Origin: Promethearchaeati archaeon SRVP18_Atabeyarchaeia-1
Lineage (GTDB): Archaea > Asgardarchaeota > Atabeyarchaeia > Atabeyarchaeales > Atabeyarchaeaceae
DNA: 64,000 nucleotides
Reading direction: 5' to 3'
NCBI GenBank assembly: GCA_037308085.1
Contig: CP147779.1
Coordinates: forward strand, 768,001-832,000
Position 1 is the first letter of the stretch; every line of letters begins with the position of its first letter. Shown piece by piece: positions 28,620-39,155 of this stretch. The notes under the pieces are model-generated. The model did not search any database, was not told the DNA's origin, and saw only the letters and a program-made list of their open reading frames with translations. A program made the position numbers and the translations under genes.

Positions 28620-28676
28620 GCCGCGTATCATACCAGTCTAGGTGAGCGTTAAGCTTCCTATCTAGACTACCCGCCC
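28620..28676 (-). tRNA. Orphan tRNA-Pro 5' half with a 24-nt D-loop intron (28659-28636)
   Basis: BHB (CTAG/CTAG, AT^A, AC^T) excision gives GGGCGGGTAGTCTAGATTGGTATGATACGCGGC, 32/33 identical to the spliced 5' end of tRNA-Pro at 27331; no 3' half follows. Confidence 0.7.
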
Positions 28677-28881
28677 TATACTCATGGGTCTAATTGAGGC
28701 TGGCTTGGCTAATAGGTATTTTCTTTGCCTTTCTCGAATTGCTCCTCAAGGTGTTACTGTCTTAATCGGAAATATTATAAAAAAGAGAAAAGATCAACTA
28801 TTACTCCTAGAAGAAGGCCTAATTGTCAATAACCTGTGTCGGTTATTCCGCTTCTGTGGAGAGGAAGGAGTGACTTCGGAG

Positions 28882-29592
28882 ATGAGTTCTTCACTTGGCA
28901 AGGGGAGATTGGCTCGGAGGATCGCGGGTGAGATATCGCTTTCGGACGATCCCGGCAAGACGATGCGTAAATGGAGAGAGATGTTTCACGTGAACCAGGC
29001 CGAGTTGTCTAATCATCTGAAGATCTCTCCTTCCGTTATAAGCGACTATGAAAGTGGGCGCAGAAAATCCCCCGGGACAAGGGCTATAAAGAGGTTCGTT
29101 GAATCGTTGCTTTACATAGACGAGGGAAGCGGGGGTGGCGTTAGGAATGCGTTTGAACGTTTTCTTAGCGTTGAGGTTCCGACTGACATAATTCTGGATA
29201 TAAAGGAGTTCAATTCACCCGTTAAGGGAAAGAGGATCCGTGAGGTTCTTCAGGCGAATGTTGTAGCCCACGAAGAGCTCCTTGACAGAGATCTTCTTGG
29301 GTACGCCATAATCGACAGTCTCGGGGCCTTAAACGAGCTTTCCGGAGAAGCCTTCGCCAAGTTGTTTTCTTCGATGGATCAGAGGGCCCTGGCGTTCACT
29401 CAGATCAGTACCGGCAGGTCTCCTCTGGTCGCCGTAAAAGTGAGCGAGAATAAGCCCAGCTTGGTTATTCTGCATGGCCGTGGGGACGTCGAGTACCTCG
29501 CTGTGGAGCTGGCTGAGCGAGAGGGAATACCGCTTCTGGTTTCCAAGTTGGAGTCAGCTGACGAGCTGGTGAGAAGACTTCGCGAGCTTTGA
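28882..29592 (+). CDS. XRE-HTH transcriptional regulator (COG1709-like), paralog 2
   Basis: IAGEISLSDDPG, SPSVISDYESGRRKSPG and STGRSPLVAVK; upstream of HMG-CoA synthase. Confidence 0.9.
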   Translation: MSSSLGKGRLARRIAGEISLSDDPGKTMRKWREMFHVNQAELSNHLKISPSVISDYESGRRKSPGTRAIKRFVESLLYIDEGSGGGVRNAFERFLSVEVPTDIILDIKEFNSPVKGKRIREVLQANVVAHEELLDRDLLGYAIIDSLGALNELSGEAFAKLFSSMDQRALAFTQISTGRSPLVAVKVSENKPSLVILHGRGDVEYLAVELAEREGIPLLVSKLESADELVRRLREL

Positions 29593-29858
29593 GTGTGTGT
29601 GAGAGAGATACATCTAGGTTAAACTTACGACACAGAAATTTGGAAATAGTCGAATAACTAATACTGCTATAATGAAAAGGTTTAAGAATGCCGTAGCCTA
29701 CCTTAACTAAATCCATTGTTGCTTGAATGTTCATTTCTATCTGGGTTTGTTTGCAGCAGTTTCAGCTATCCTCAGTCGTAATTGACCAGAACTGCGCCAT
29801 TCCTCTTTGCGGTGCGGGCGCACATTCGGAAGTGCCTTGGAGGGATATTTCTGTGATA

Positions 29859-30923
29859 ATGAAGCCAGTGGACCCAGTCGGTATCGTGGGTTGGGGTGGA
29901 TACATACCCCGTTACAGGCTCGCGGTGGAGGAAATCGCCAGAGTCTGGGGCAAGGATCCAAAAAGGTACAGGCAGGGTTTGTACGTCGATGAGAAGGCAA
30001 TAGCGGGTCCGGACGAAGACTCAGCTACGGTGGCAATAGAGGCTGCAAGGAACTGTGTATTACGGAGCAAGATCAATGTAAAGGAGATTGGCGCTGTATT
30101 CGTCGGCTCCGAGTCGAAGCCCTACGCAGTCAAGCCTAGTGGGACCATCGTGGCCGAGGCGATCGGCGCCACGCCGCTAGTATTAGCAGCTGATTTCGAA
30201 TTCGCCTGCAAAGCTGGAACCGAGGCTATCCAGTGCGGGATGGGGTTGGTCGGTTCGGGCATGATCAAGTACTCGTTGGCCATCGGGTCAGATGTCTCTC
30301 AGGGAGCCCCAGGAGACGACTTGGAGTTTACTGCAGCGGCTGGAGGAGCGGCCTACATGCTAGGGAGAGCTGGCGATAGCACAGTGGCGGACATCGAGGC
30401 ATCGTGCTCATTTGTGACCGACACTCCCGATTTCTGGAGAAGACAAGGGCAACCTTACCCGAGGCACGGTGAATCCTTCACGGGCACCCCTGCCTACTTC
30501 AAGCATGTCACCTCAGCTGGTAAGACACTTATGGATGAGCTTGGCTACAAGGCGAATGATTTCACCTACGCCGTGTTCCATCAGCCGAACGGCAAGTTTC
30601 CTGTTAGAGCGGCAAACAGCCTTGGCTTTACAATGGATAAGATAAAGCCCGGGCTCTTAGTAACGAAGATCGGCAATACATATTCTGGCTCTTCTCCGTT
30701 GGGGCTCGCTGCAACTCTCGATATCGCCAAACCAGGGGACAAGATTCTGGTTGTATCATATGGATCAGGTGCTGGCAGTGACGCTTTCTCGTTCATCGTG
30801 AAGGACGGGATCAATGAGCGGAAGGGGTTGGCTCCAGCGATCAAGGATTACATAAATAGAAGAGTAAGCGTGGATTACTCGACCTACGTCAAATGGTATA
30901 GAATGATAGTAGCGCCAACATGA
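29859..30923 (+). CDS. Hydroxymethylglutaryl-CoA synthase
   Basis: [43 protein letters not shown] and SYGSGAGSD. Confidence 0.96.
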   Translation: MKPVDPVGIVGWGGYIPRYRLAVEEIARVWGKDPKRYRQGLYVDEKAIAGPDEDSATVAIEAARNCVLRSKINVKEIGAVFVGSESKPYAVKPSGTIVAEAIGATPLVLAADFEFACKAGTEAIQCGMGLVGSGMIKYSLAIGSDVSQGAPGDDLEFTAAAGGAAYMLGRAGDSTVADIEASCSFVTDTPDFWRRQGQPYPRHGESFTGTPAYFKHVTSAGKTLMDELGYKANDFTYAVFHQPNGKFPVRAANSLGFTMDKIKPGLLVTKIGNTYSGSSPLGLAATLDIAKPGDKILVVSYGSGAGSDAFSFIVKDGINERKGLAPAIKDYINRRVSVDYSTYVKWYRMIVAPT

Positions 30924-30943
30924 GAATGTAGAGGTGTTCAGAG

Positions 30944-32101
30944 TTGAGGAAGGTAGTCGTTACTGGGGTAGGGATGACTAAGGTTGACCAGCATTTTGAC
31001 AAAGGGCTTAAAGAGATGTTCAAGGAAGCTTCCTCCAAGGCTCTTGAAGATTCTGGGAACCCTGTGCTAGACCATGTCTACGTTGCGAACGCGTATGCTG
31101 ACATGATATCCGGGCAGGCCGACCTAGGGCCTCTTCTAATGGATTACTGTAGTGCGGGTTGTATTCCCGTCACGCAAATTGGTGGCGCATGCGGCAGTGG
31201 TGGCTCCGCTATCGTGGACGGATTCGAAGCGGTAGCTTCAGGTAACTGCGATACCGTCATGGTAGCCGGCGTCGAAAAAATGAGTGATGTTCCAACCAAA
31301 GAAGCCACCGCTATACAATCTATATGTGAAGACCAGGAATATGAGGCCAACTTCGGTCTGACTTTGGCTGGGATCAACGCCATGGCTGCGCGAAGCTACA
31401 TGCAACAATACTCCGCCACTCGGGAGCAGTTTTCTCTGTTCTCTGTTCTGATGCACAAGAATGCCGTGAAGAATCCCTACGCATGCCTCCCGTTTGAGGT
31501 CACTACTGAGAAGGTGGCTGAATCATTTCCTGTTGCCGACCCATTGACTTTTCTCGATTCTTCGCCCCTGTGTGATGGTGCAGCTGCTGTGATAATCGCG
31601 TCGGCAGACGCAGTGCCGGAAACCAGTGGGCCAAGAGTTGAAGTCGCGGCTGTCAGTCAGTCCATCGACTGTGTCAGGATTGCTGAAAGAGAGTCTCTTC
31701 TATCGATGAGATCAACGGTTGCCGCTGCGGCTAGGGCCTACGAGTTGGCGAAGGTCAAGGCGACGGACATTGATGTATGTGAAATCCACGATTCCTTCAC
31801 CATTACGGGCTTCATTGCACTGGAGGACCTCTCATTTGTGGAGAGAGGCAAAACGGGGATCGCTGTTGAGGAAGGAATACTCGCGAAGGATGGCAGAATC
31901 CCCACCAACCCAAGTGGCGGTCTGAAGGCTCGCGGACACCCAGGCGGAGCAACGGGTATCTATCAACTTGCGGAGATTACTCTCCAACTCAGGGGAGAAG
32001 CAGGCGGTATGCAAGTTGATGACGTTGAGATTGGACTGACACACAACATTAGTGGATTCGGTTCGCGAGCGACAGTCGGGATACTGAAGAGACTGTCATG
32101 A
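30944..32101 (+). CDS. Acetoacetyl-CoA thiolase (archaeal)
   Basis: GACGSG, GVEKM, DGAAA, EIHDSF and NPSGGLKARGHP; mevalonate operon. Confidence 0.93.
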   Translation: MRKVVVTGVGMTKVDQHFDKGLKEMFKEASSKALEDSGNPVLDHVYVANAYADMISGQADLGPLLMDYCSAGCIPVTQIGGACGSGGSAIVDGFEAVASGNCDTVMVAGVEKMSDVPTKEATAIQSICEDQEYEANFGLTLAGINAMAARSYMQQYSATREQFSLFSVLMHKNAVKNPYACLPFEVTTEKVAESFPVADPLTFLDSSPLCDGAAAVIIASADAVPETSGPRVEVAAVSQSIDCVRIAERESLLSMRSTVAAAARAYELAKVKATDIDVCEIHDSFTITGFIALEDLSFVERGKTGIAVEEGILAKDGRIPTNPSGGLKARGHPGGATGIYQLAEITLQLRGEAGGMQVDDVEIGLTHNISGFGSRATVGILKRLS

Positions 32102-32120
32102 TAGGAGGCTTGCCCTCAGA

Positions 32121-32537
32121 ATGAGCTCAGCAAAGATTTGGAGAGAAATAGCACAGCGTTACCGGCTCGAAGGGTCAAAGTGTGCGAAGTGTGGAACAGC
32201 AGCGTTCCCCCCTAGATCTACGTGCCCGAAATGCGGGTCCACCGATATGAAAATGTACGCTTTGCCGAGGTCAGGCAAGGTTCTAACCTATAGCCTAATA
32301 CATTCAATACCGAAAGGATTTGAAGCGAATGTTCCGTACCCGATTGCGCTCGTTGAACTCGATGACGGGACCAAGATAACATCTCAACTCACCGACTGCG
32401 ACGGCTCAGAAATAGCCATTGGGATGCCTGTCGAAATGACGGTAAGGATAATCAGAGAGGATAGTCCATCGGACATCATAATCTACGGGTACAAGTTCAG
32501 ACCCAAGATTATGAGGGAAGATAGAAAATCAGATTGA
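32121..32537 (+). CDS. DUF35 Zn-ribbon/OB-fold thiolase-HMGS scaffold protein
   Basis: CAKCG..FPPR..CPKC and YGYKFRP; operon context. Confidence 0.92.
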   Translation: MSSAKIWREIAQRYRLEGSKCAKCGTAAFPPRSTCPKCGSTDMKMYALPRSGKVLTYSLIHSIPKGFEANVPYPIALVELDDGTKITSQLTDCDGSEIAIGMPVEMTVRIIREDSPSDIIIYGYKFRPKIMREDRKSD

Positions 32538-32573
32538 AACCATTATGTTCCCAGTGGGAAAGGCGGAATCACT

Positions 32574-33842
32574 TTGAAAACTTCTCGAATAGCCAACTTC
32601 TACAAGTTGAGCATAGGTGAGAGACTTGAAGCCGTTAAGGACTTTTCTGGTCTCACCGACCAGGAAGTTGAGACTCTGAAAGCTTGTGGCGGCCTCAAGC
32701 TTGAAGACGTAGACCGAATGATTGAGAATGCTGTTGGTGGCTTTTCGATTCCAGTGGGAATCGCCGTTAATTTTCTGATTAACGATAAGGACTATCTTAT
32801 TCCCATGGCGATTGAGGAACCCTCAGTGATCGCTGGTGTGTCCAACGCCGCGAGGATTGCAAGGGAGAGCGGAGGATTCCACACCAGTAGCACTGAACCG
32901 ATCATGATCGGCCAAGTGCAACTTGTTGGCGTCCTCGATCCATTTAGGGCAAGAACCGAGATCTTGTCAAGGAAGGATGAGATCCTGAAAATCGCGAACG
33001 ACCAAGACCCTGTCCTGTTGGGTCTGGGCGGTGGCGCCAAGGAAGTGGAGGTAAAGGTCCTCGACTCTGGAATGGGGCAAATGGTCATAACCCATCTTCT
33101 CGTCGACACTAAAGATGCCATGGGCGCAAACGTCGTTAACACGATGGCTGAGGCCGTCGCCCCTAAGATAAGGGGGATAGCTGGTGGTGGAACCGTCTAC
33201 CTGAGAATTATCTCAAACCTTTCTACGCGTCGTCTTGCGAGGGCTTGGGCTGTATTTCCAAGTGAAGTTCTGGGCGGCGAAGACGTCGTCGACGGAATAC
33301 TCTATGCGCACGCTTTCGCTTCAGCTGATCCCTATCGTTGCGCAACCCACAACAAAGGCATCATGAATGGCGTTGCGGCAGTGACTCAAGCCACAGGAAA
33401 CGATACCAGGGCAATTGAGGCGGGCGCTCACGCATACGCAGCTTCCAAGGGCGGGTATGCGCCCTTGACTTCTTGGGAGAGAAATGAAAACGGGGACTTG
33501 GTGGGAAGCATCGAGATTCCCGTGGCTGTTGGAATCATAGGGGGTGCGACGAATCACCCTCAGGCCAAGGTGAATCTTAAGATACTTGGCGTCAAGAGCT
33601 CAAGGGAACTGGGAGAAGTTATGGCTGCAGTTGGGCTGGCCCAGAATCTAGCGGCATTAAGAGCATTGGCGACAGTTGGAATCCAAGCCGGCCACATGAA
33701 GCTTCATGCGAAGAACGTTGCAGTGATGGCGGGGGCGAAGGGTGAGTTGATCGATAAGGTTGCTGAGATTATTGTTAGGGAGAAGAAGATACGGGTCGAT
33801 AAGGCGCGTGAAGTGCTGGAGAATCTGGTCTCCAAGAAGTAG
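32574..33842 (+). CDS. mvaA: HMG-CoA reductase, class II
   Basis: MIENAVG, EEPSVIA, DAMGANVVNT, THNKGIMNG and GIQAGHMKLH. Confidence 0.95.
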   Translation: MKTSRIANFYKLSIGERLEAVKDFSGLTDQEVETLKACGGLKLEDVDRMIENAVGGFSIPVGIAVNFLINDKDYLIPMAIEEPSVIAGVSNAARIARESGGFHTSSTEPIMIGQVQLVGVLDPFRARTEILSRKDEILKIANDQDPVLLGLGGGAKEVEVKVLDSGMGQMVITHLLVDTKDAMGANVVNTMAEAVAPKIRGIAGGGTVYLRIISNLSTRRLARAWAVFPSEVLGGEDVVDGILYAHAFASADPYRCATHNKGIMNGVAAVTQATGNDTRAIEAGAHAYAASKGGYAPLTSWERNENGDLVGSIEIPVAVGIIGGATNHPQAKVNLKILGVKSSRELGEVMAAVGLAQNLAALRALATVGIQAGHMKLHAKNVAVMAGAKGELIDKVAEIIVREKKIRVDKAREVLENLVSKK

Positions 33843-34026
33843 CTCTCCTGGCGTCTTTGCGTCTCTTCTTTTTGCGCACGGAAGGTGCACCTATTTTAGT
33901 CCGTCTTGGAGGATATGCTCTTTCCAGAGGCTTTCCACGCTACTAGGCTGGGCAGGCACCCGATCGTTAATTAAGTGGCTACAACTTAGTGTATTCTTGT
34001 GGTCCGGGTAAGGAAGTTGATCAGGA

Positions 34027-36333
34027 ATGGAGAAGGAGAAACTCGTAACCTCAGTTCTATCATCTCTTTCTAGCCAAATTAGAGTTGAAGTTCTGAAGCT
34101 TCTAAACCGCAAGGAGACTGCCTCATTCACAGAGATCATGCAGTCTCTGGGACTCAATATTCGAACTGAAGCTGGAAAGTTTGCGTACCACTTGCGCGAG
34201 CTAACCAACGCGGAGCTTGTGACCGGCTCTTCGTACAAGGGTTACTCTCTGACTCCTCTGGGTGAAAGGGTTGTCGATTTCATCTACGTTTTGGAAGAAA
34301 CAGCCTTGAAGCGCTCCCGAGAGATGTTCGTAAGAACATCTAGGTATTCCATTGAGAACTTCGATAGAAAGAAGATTGCAGAGTCGTTGATCCTCGAAGC
34401 TGGCGTCCCTGAGGAGACAGCGAAGAATATTGCCAAGGAAGTTGAAGAACGACTTCTGAAGATGAAGGTAAAGTACCTCACAGCCCCACTCATCAGAGAG
34501 TTTGTCAACGCGATCCTGATTGAGAAGGGAATGGAAGACTACAGGCACACCCTTACTCGACTCGGTCTTCCGGTCTATGATGTGACCGAGCTAATCGAGA
34601 AGAATCCCGGTCGATCTTACAGGAGTCCTGAGCAAATCCACTCGAAGTCTGGCGACGCTGTACTTGAACAATACATGTTACTCAAAGTTCTGCCAAGAAG
34701 AGTTAGCGATGCTCATCTCTCAGGATCTATACACATACCAAATGCGAACTACTGGGTGCTGAGACCAAACAGCATCCAGCACGATCTTCGCCTAGCCATT
34801 GGAGGGTTCAAGCCACAGTCGAGTGTTTTTCCCCCGCTCCTTAGTGGGAAGGTGAAGGATGCCGAGTCAGCTGTCTCAAGAGTATTGAATTTCACTCAAC
34901 TATTTCATCACTACATATCTGGAAATCAATCTCTAGATCACCTCAACACCATCTTGTCGCCATACTTCAATTTGCTGCGCCCTGAGGAAGTGAAGCGGCT
35001 CGCCAGGAGGCTAATTGACGGGCTAAGGGGCATTTCAGGATATGGGATAGATGCTGCGCACTCTGTTTCAATAATCCTAGAAATCAACACTCACAGGGCC
35101 TTGAAGGAATATCCCGCGATCGGCCCCTCTGACAAAGGCTCTTATCAGGAATACGAAGGCTCAGCTAGAACCCTTCTTTCGGCGATACTAGATATCTTGA
35201 TCGAAGGTGGGGAAGGCAATTTCCCCTACTTGTCGCCAAGTGTATTTGTCAGGGTATCCCCTGATTGTCTCTCTGAAGAGGAAATCCTGCTTAAGACCCA
35301 CAAACTGTCATCACTTTGGGGTGCACCATTCTATATAAACGAGAAGCCTGAATGGCAGACTGAAAATGTGAACTATGACAGTAATCTCTGCAGACTGGAT
35401 TCAAGCTGGATGCATGACTGGGAGCTTGGAACACTCAGAACCGGTAACCTCGATTCTGTATGCATTAATCTGCCGAGAATAGCCTATGAATCCAAAGGCG
35501 ACGACACTCTGCTTTTCGAGAAACTCAAGGAGACTCTGGAGACCTGCAAGATAGCCCTTGACACCAAAGCACAGGTGATGGAAAACAGGATGTTTAGGGA
35601 CAACGTCCTAGGAGCGCTGGCATATGCCTCAGATTCCGAGCAATACTATAGAGTCCAGAACTCAACCAAAGGAATCAGCTATCTAGGACTGCCGGAAGCC
35701 TCAAAATTCCACATAGGCGCATTGTCTGAGGAATATAAAGAAATCAACAAGTTCTCAGCGAAGATGCTCAAGCAAATCAGAAGCTATACGGATATGCTGG
35801 TCAAGAGCACGAGCCAGAGATGGGTCGTGACGCAGACTCCCTTCAGCTACTACTCATCGCGTTTAGCAAGACTCGATCTCGAGAGATTCGGTAAGGAAAC
35901 CGTTGGCTCAGATAACCCAGATGAGGTCTACTACTCGACCGACAACACATCGAAGAAGCCAAAGTCCCAGATTCAAGAGGTGTTGGAAACGGAAGGCGAA
36001 TTCCACCGGCTTCTGAATGGGGGTCACATTTTGACGATACCTCTACCGAATATTAACGTTTCAGCTGAGCGCATTCTAGAAGTGACAAAGGCAATAGCCA
36101 AAGACTCTGGGCTGGGTCTCTACGCGTTTGGTCGCCAATTGACTCACTGCCTCAGTTGCCAGACTAATCACATGGGTAGCCTTCAAAAATGCAGCACGTG
36201 TGGTGCCTCAGGTAGCCAGTTACTAAGCCTCGATAGTTCAAACGGACCGCAACGTCTCTTGGAGAACCTTGCACCAGTTTACAGAGAGAAGTCACCCCCC
36301 CAATGGACTCTAGATATTGGGCAAACAAACTGA
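34027..36333 (+). CDS. wHTH + ATP-cone + class III ribonucleotide reductase-like protein (glycyl-radical motif degenerate)
   Basis: ArsR-like N-terminus, ATP cone (FDRKKIAESL...TAPLIRE), RPNSIQHDL, GNLDSVCINLPRIA and CLSC..CSTC; C-terminus DSSNGP instead of RITGY. Confidence 0.8.
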   Translation: MEKEKLVTSVLSSLSSQIRVEVLKLLNRKETASFTEIMQSLGLNIRTEAGKFAYHLRELTNAELVTGSSYKGYSLTPLGERVVDFIYVLEETALKRSREMFVRTSRYSIENFDRKKIAESLILEAGVPEETAKNIAKEVEERLLKMKVKYLTAPLIREFVNAILIEKGMEDYRHTLTRLGLPVYDVTELIEKNPGRSYRSPEQIHSKSGDAVLEQYMLLKVLPRRVSDAHLSGSIHIPNANYWVLRPNSIQHDLRLAIGGFKPQSSVFPPLLSGKVKDAESAVSRVLNFTQLFHHYISGNQSLDHLNTILSPYFNLLRPEEVKRLARRLIDGLRGISGYGIDAAHSVSIILEINTHRALKEYPAIGPSDKGSYQEYEGSARTLLSAILDILIEGGEGNFPYLSPSVFVRVSPDCLSEEEILLKTHKLSSLWGAPFYINEKPEWQTENVNYDSNLCRLDSSWMHDWELGTLRTGNLDSVCINLPRIAYESKGDDTLLFEKLKETLETCKIALDTKAQVMENRMFRDNVLGALAYASDSEQYYRVQNSTKGISYLGLPEASKFHIGALSEEYKEINKFSAKMLKQIRSYTDMLVKSTSQRWVVTQTPFSYYSSRLARLDLERFGKETVGSDNPDEVYYSTDNTSKKPKSQIQEVLETEGEFHRLLNGGHILTIPLPNINVSAERILEVTKAIAKDSGLGLYAFGRQLTHCLSCQTNHMGSLQKCSTCGASGSQLLSLDSSNGPQRLLENLAPVYREKSPPQWTLDIGQTN

Positions 36334-36387
36334 ATTATCAAACATGGTCCTGTTTGCTCTTGAACGCAGTCAAACGAGCCTAGGATT

Positions 36388-37311
36388 TTATTCTATCGCG
36401 CCTAGGACAAGTCCCAGCAGGGCCATCCTTGTAACTACGCCGTAGAAAACCTGCTTGAAATATTTTGCGTGTGGCGTACTGTCGACTGATGCATCGATTT
36501 CATCGATCCGCGGCAACGGATGAAGTATGATCATGTTTCTCTTCGCGCTTGTGAGCAATTCAGTTGTGATTCTGTATGACCCCTTGACTTTCTCATACTC
36601 TGCCAGGTCTGGAAAGCGTTCCTTCTGTATTCTCGTAAGATATAGCACGTCTATGTCGGGTAGCACCTCATTAATATCAGTTTTCTCCACAAAATTCGTC
36701 CCCAACTTCCTAAGATCACTTGAAACCTCTTCCCTAATTCTTAGCGAAGGAGGGGAAACGAAAAACAGATTCACTTGGAACTTGGAGAGCAGGTAGGCCA
36801 ATGAATGCACAGTTCTGCCATACTTCAAGTCTCCCACTAATGCCACATTCAGCCCATTGACCTTCCCAAGTTCCCTCCAGATAGTATAGAGATCTAGGAA
36901 GGCTTGGGTAGGGTGCTCTTCACTTCCCGCCCCGGCGTTAATTACAGGAATACGGGCATAATCGGCAGCTAAACGGGAAGATCCTTCTAGTGGATGTCTA
37001 ATTACAAGCACATCAGCGTAGTTTTCAACCACTCTAACCGTGTCGGCCAGAGTTTCACCCTTAGATATTGACGACATGCCTGGCTCTGCGAATCCAATAA
37101 CACTCCCACCCAGTCTATGCATAGCCGTTTCAAAGCTAAGTCGCGTTCTCGTACTTGGCTCGAAGAATAACGTCGCGAGAACTTTGCCTTTCAGGAGCTC
37201 AGACCCCGCCCTTGCCAAGGGTTCCATCTTACTAGCAGTATTCAGCACGTCCTCAACTTCTTGTTTCGAGAAATCCGTAACCGACACGATATCCCTACCT
37301 TTGAACCCCAT
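36388..37311 (-). CDS. pyrB: Aspartate carbamoyltransferase catalytic subunit
   Basis: FFEPSTRTRLSF, HPTQ, DLKYGRTVHS, RIQKER and HPLPR. Confidence 0.98.
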   Translation of the reverse strand: MGFKGRDIVSVTDFSKQEVEDVLNTASKMEPLARAGSELLKGKVLATLFFEPSTRTRLSFETAMHRLGGSVIGFAEPGMSSISKGETLADTVRVVENYADVLVIRHPLEGSSRLAADYARIPVINAGAGSEEHPTQAFLDLYTIWRELGKVNGLNVALVGDLKYGRTVHSLAYLLSKFQVNLFFVSPPSLRIREEVSSDLRKLGTNFVEKTDINEVLPDIDVLYLTRIQKERFPDLAEYEKVKGSYRITTELLTSAKRNMIILHPLPRIDEIDASVDSTPHAKYFKQVFYGVVTRMALLGLVLGAIE

Positions 37312-37474
37312 TTATACGACTCACCGCCTCTAGAAACATAGGCAACCATATTAACCGATACGAATTCATTAATATTGATGGAACACAACCATAATATAGC
37401 TTGTTCATTCTAAAAGCAGTAACCCCAAGAAAACGCAGCTTTGTGGCAAAGGTCAGTCAGAGAGTGAGTCTAGA

Positions 37475-37951
37475 ATGGAAAACACATTGAGAGCACGCAA
37501 GATCAAGGACGGAACCGTAATAGATCATCTAGACGCTAACACAGCATTTCACGTACTGAGACTCTTAGGCCTACTGGGTGAGACAAAGAATGTCTTGACA
37601 GTCCTGATAAACGTTGAAAGCCAGAAACTCGGTAGGAAGGATCTCATCAAGATAGAAAACAGAGAACTCAACCCTAGGGAAGCTGACCTGATAAGTGTGA
37701 TCTCCCCTAATGCCACTATCAACGTGGTAAGAAATTTCAGCGTGGTTGAGAAGAAAAAGGTTGGACTACCAAACATACTGAAAGGCGTGAAGTGTCCTAA
37801 CCCGACCTGCATCACTAATACTAATGAACCGGCGTCAGCTGAATTCACAGTCATGAAGAACCAGGACACGATATTTCGCTGCAAATACTGCAATAGGCAG
37901 TTTGACATGGCGACGATAAGGAAAGTCATACTTGAAAGGCAGTTCACCTGA
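37475..37951 (+). CDS. pyrI: Aspartate carbamoyltransferase regulatory subunit
   Basis: IKDGTVIDH, GRKDLIKIE, CPNPTCIT and CKYC. Confidence 0.96.
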   Translation: MENTLRARKIKDGTVIDHLDANTAFHVLRLLGLLGETKNVLTVLINVESQKLGRKDLIKIENRELNPREADLISVISPNATINVVRNFSVVEKKKVGLPNILKGVKCPNPTCITNTNEPASAEFTVMKNQDTIFRCKYCNRQFDMATIRKVILERQFT

Positions 37952-38000
37952 GCATCTACATATTTCGAATGAATACCATCATAGAGGTGGCTTGCCGAAA

Positions 38001-38318
38001 ATGAAGATTGCCGCAATCGCAGACCCCGACACGATTATTGGGCTGAGGCTTGCAGGCGTCAGAGACTCGTACCCCGTAGAAAACGCCGAGCAAGCCGAGC
38101 AGGCGCTCCGCAAAATATCACAGGATCAGTCGATCGGGCTGGTCATCTTTGCAGAGAAGATTGCCGACAAGATAAGGCGGAGCATAACAGACTTCACTTC
38201 TCAGCGAACTGTGCCCGTCATAGTGGAGATACCTGACAAGCGGGGAGCGGAGCCAGACAGACGGGACCCACTTATGGATATGATAAGACGAGCAGTGGGC
38301 ATAGAGCTGAAATTCTAG
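38001..38318 (+). CDS. A/V-type ATP synthase subunit F (stand-alone)
   Basis: IAAIADPDTIIGLRLAGV...PVIVEIP...IRRAVGI. Confidence 0.88.
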   Translation: MKIAAIADPDTIIGLRLAGVRDSYPVENAEQAEQALRKISQDQSIGLVIFAEKIADKIRRSITDFTSQRTVPVIVEIPDKRGAEPDRRDPLMDMIRRAVGIELKF

Positions 38319-38395
38319 AACCTATTCTGTTCGAAAAAGGCTAGGACTGCAGAAAGTACGTGGCGGAGTTGGCTTGTGAGGAGGAGCCTGACGCA

Positions 38396-39091
38396 ATGAC
38401 TGATCCAGAGGCATTGAAAAGAGCGGCTGCAAAGGAGGCAGTGAAGAGCGTTGGTGACGGCGAAGTAATCGGAATCGGAAGCGGAACCACCATCAAACAC
38501 TTCATTGCGGAACTCGCTGGAAGAATCAAGAGAGAGACCCTAAGAATACTTGCGGTACCCACTTCCTACGACACGCTGATGCTGGCGTCAGATTGCGGCG
38601 TCAAACTTACCACCCTCGAAGAACACCCTAACCTCTCAAAATGCTTTGACGGAGCAGACAAGGTTGATAGAGATCTGAACATGATCAAAGGTGGCGGTGG
38701 TTGCCACACCCGCGAGAAAATAGTCGCCGTAGCTTCTGAAAAAGTATGCATACTCGTGGATAACAGCAAGGTAGTTGACAGAATAACTGGAGACAGTCCC
38801 ATTCCGGTCGAAGTCATACCATTCTCGTACAAGCTCGTCTCCCGAAAGCTCAGCGAGGTTGGAGGAACCCTGAAGCTCAGATATGCTGGATCATCAAAGA
38901 TGGGTCCAGTCATCGGGGATAACGGAGGCTTCATAGGTGATGTGGTGTTCCAGAAAAAGAATGAGCTGAGTTATCTAGATAACCTCCTGAACTCAACTCC
39001 AGGGATAATAGAGCATGGACTCTTCCTGAAGATCGCAGATCTGGTATATGTGGCGCATGAGAACCGAGTCGAGCTACTAAAAAGAAGATAG
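38396..39091 (+). CDS. rpiA: Ribose-5-phosphate isomerase A
   Basis: GIGSGTT, DGADKVD, IKGGGG, REKIVA, PVEV and GIIEHGLF. Confidence 0.96.
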   Translation: MTDPEALKRAAAKEAVKSVGDGEVIGIGSGTTIKHFIAELAGRIKRETLRILAVPTSYDTLMLASDCGVKLTTLEEHPNLSKCFDGADKVDRDLNMIKGGGGCHTREKIVAVASEKVCILVDNSKVVDRITGDSPIPVEVIPFSYKLVSRKLSEVGGTLKLRYAGSSKMGPVIGDNGGFIGDVVFQKKNELSYLDNLLNSTPGIIEHGLFLKIADLVYVAHENRVELLKRR

Positions 39092-39155
39092 TACAGCACG
39101 TTGCTGTAGGAGAAACTCCTGTTCAGACCCGGAAACAACGCCTAGTGCCTGATAT

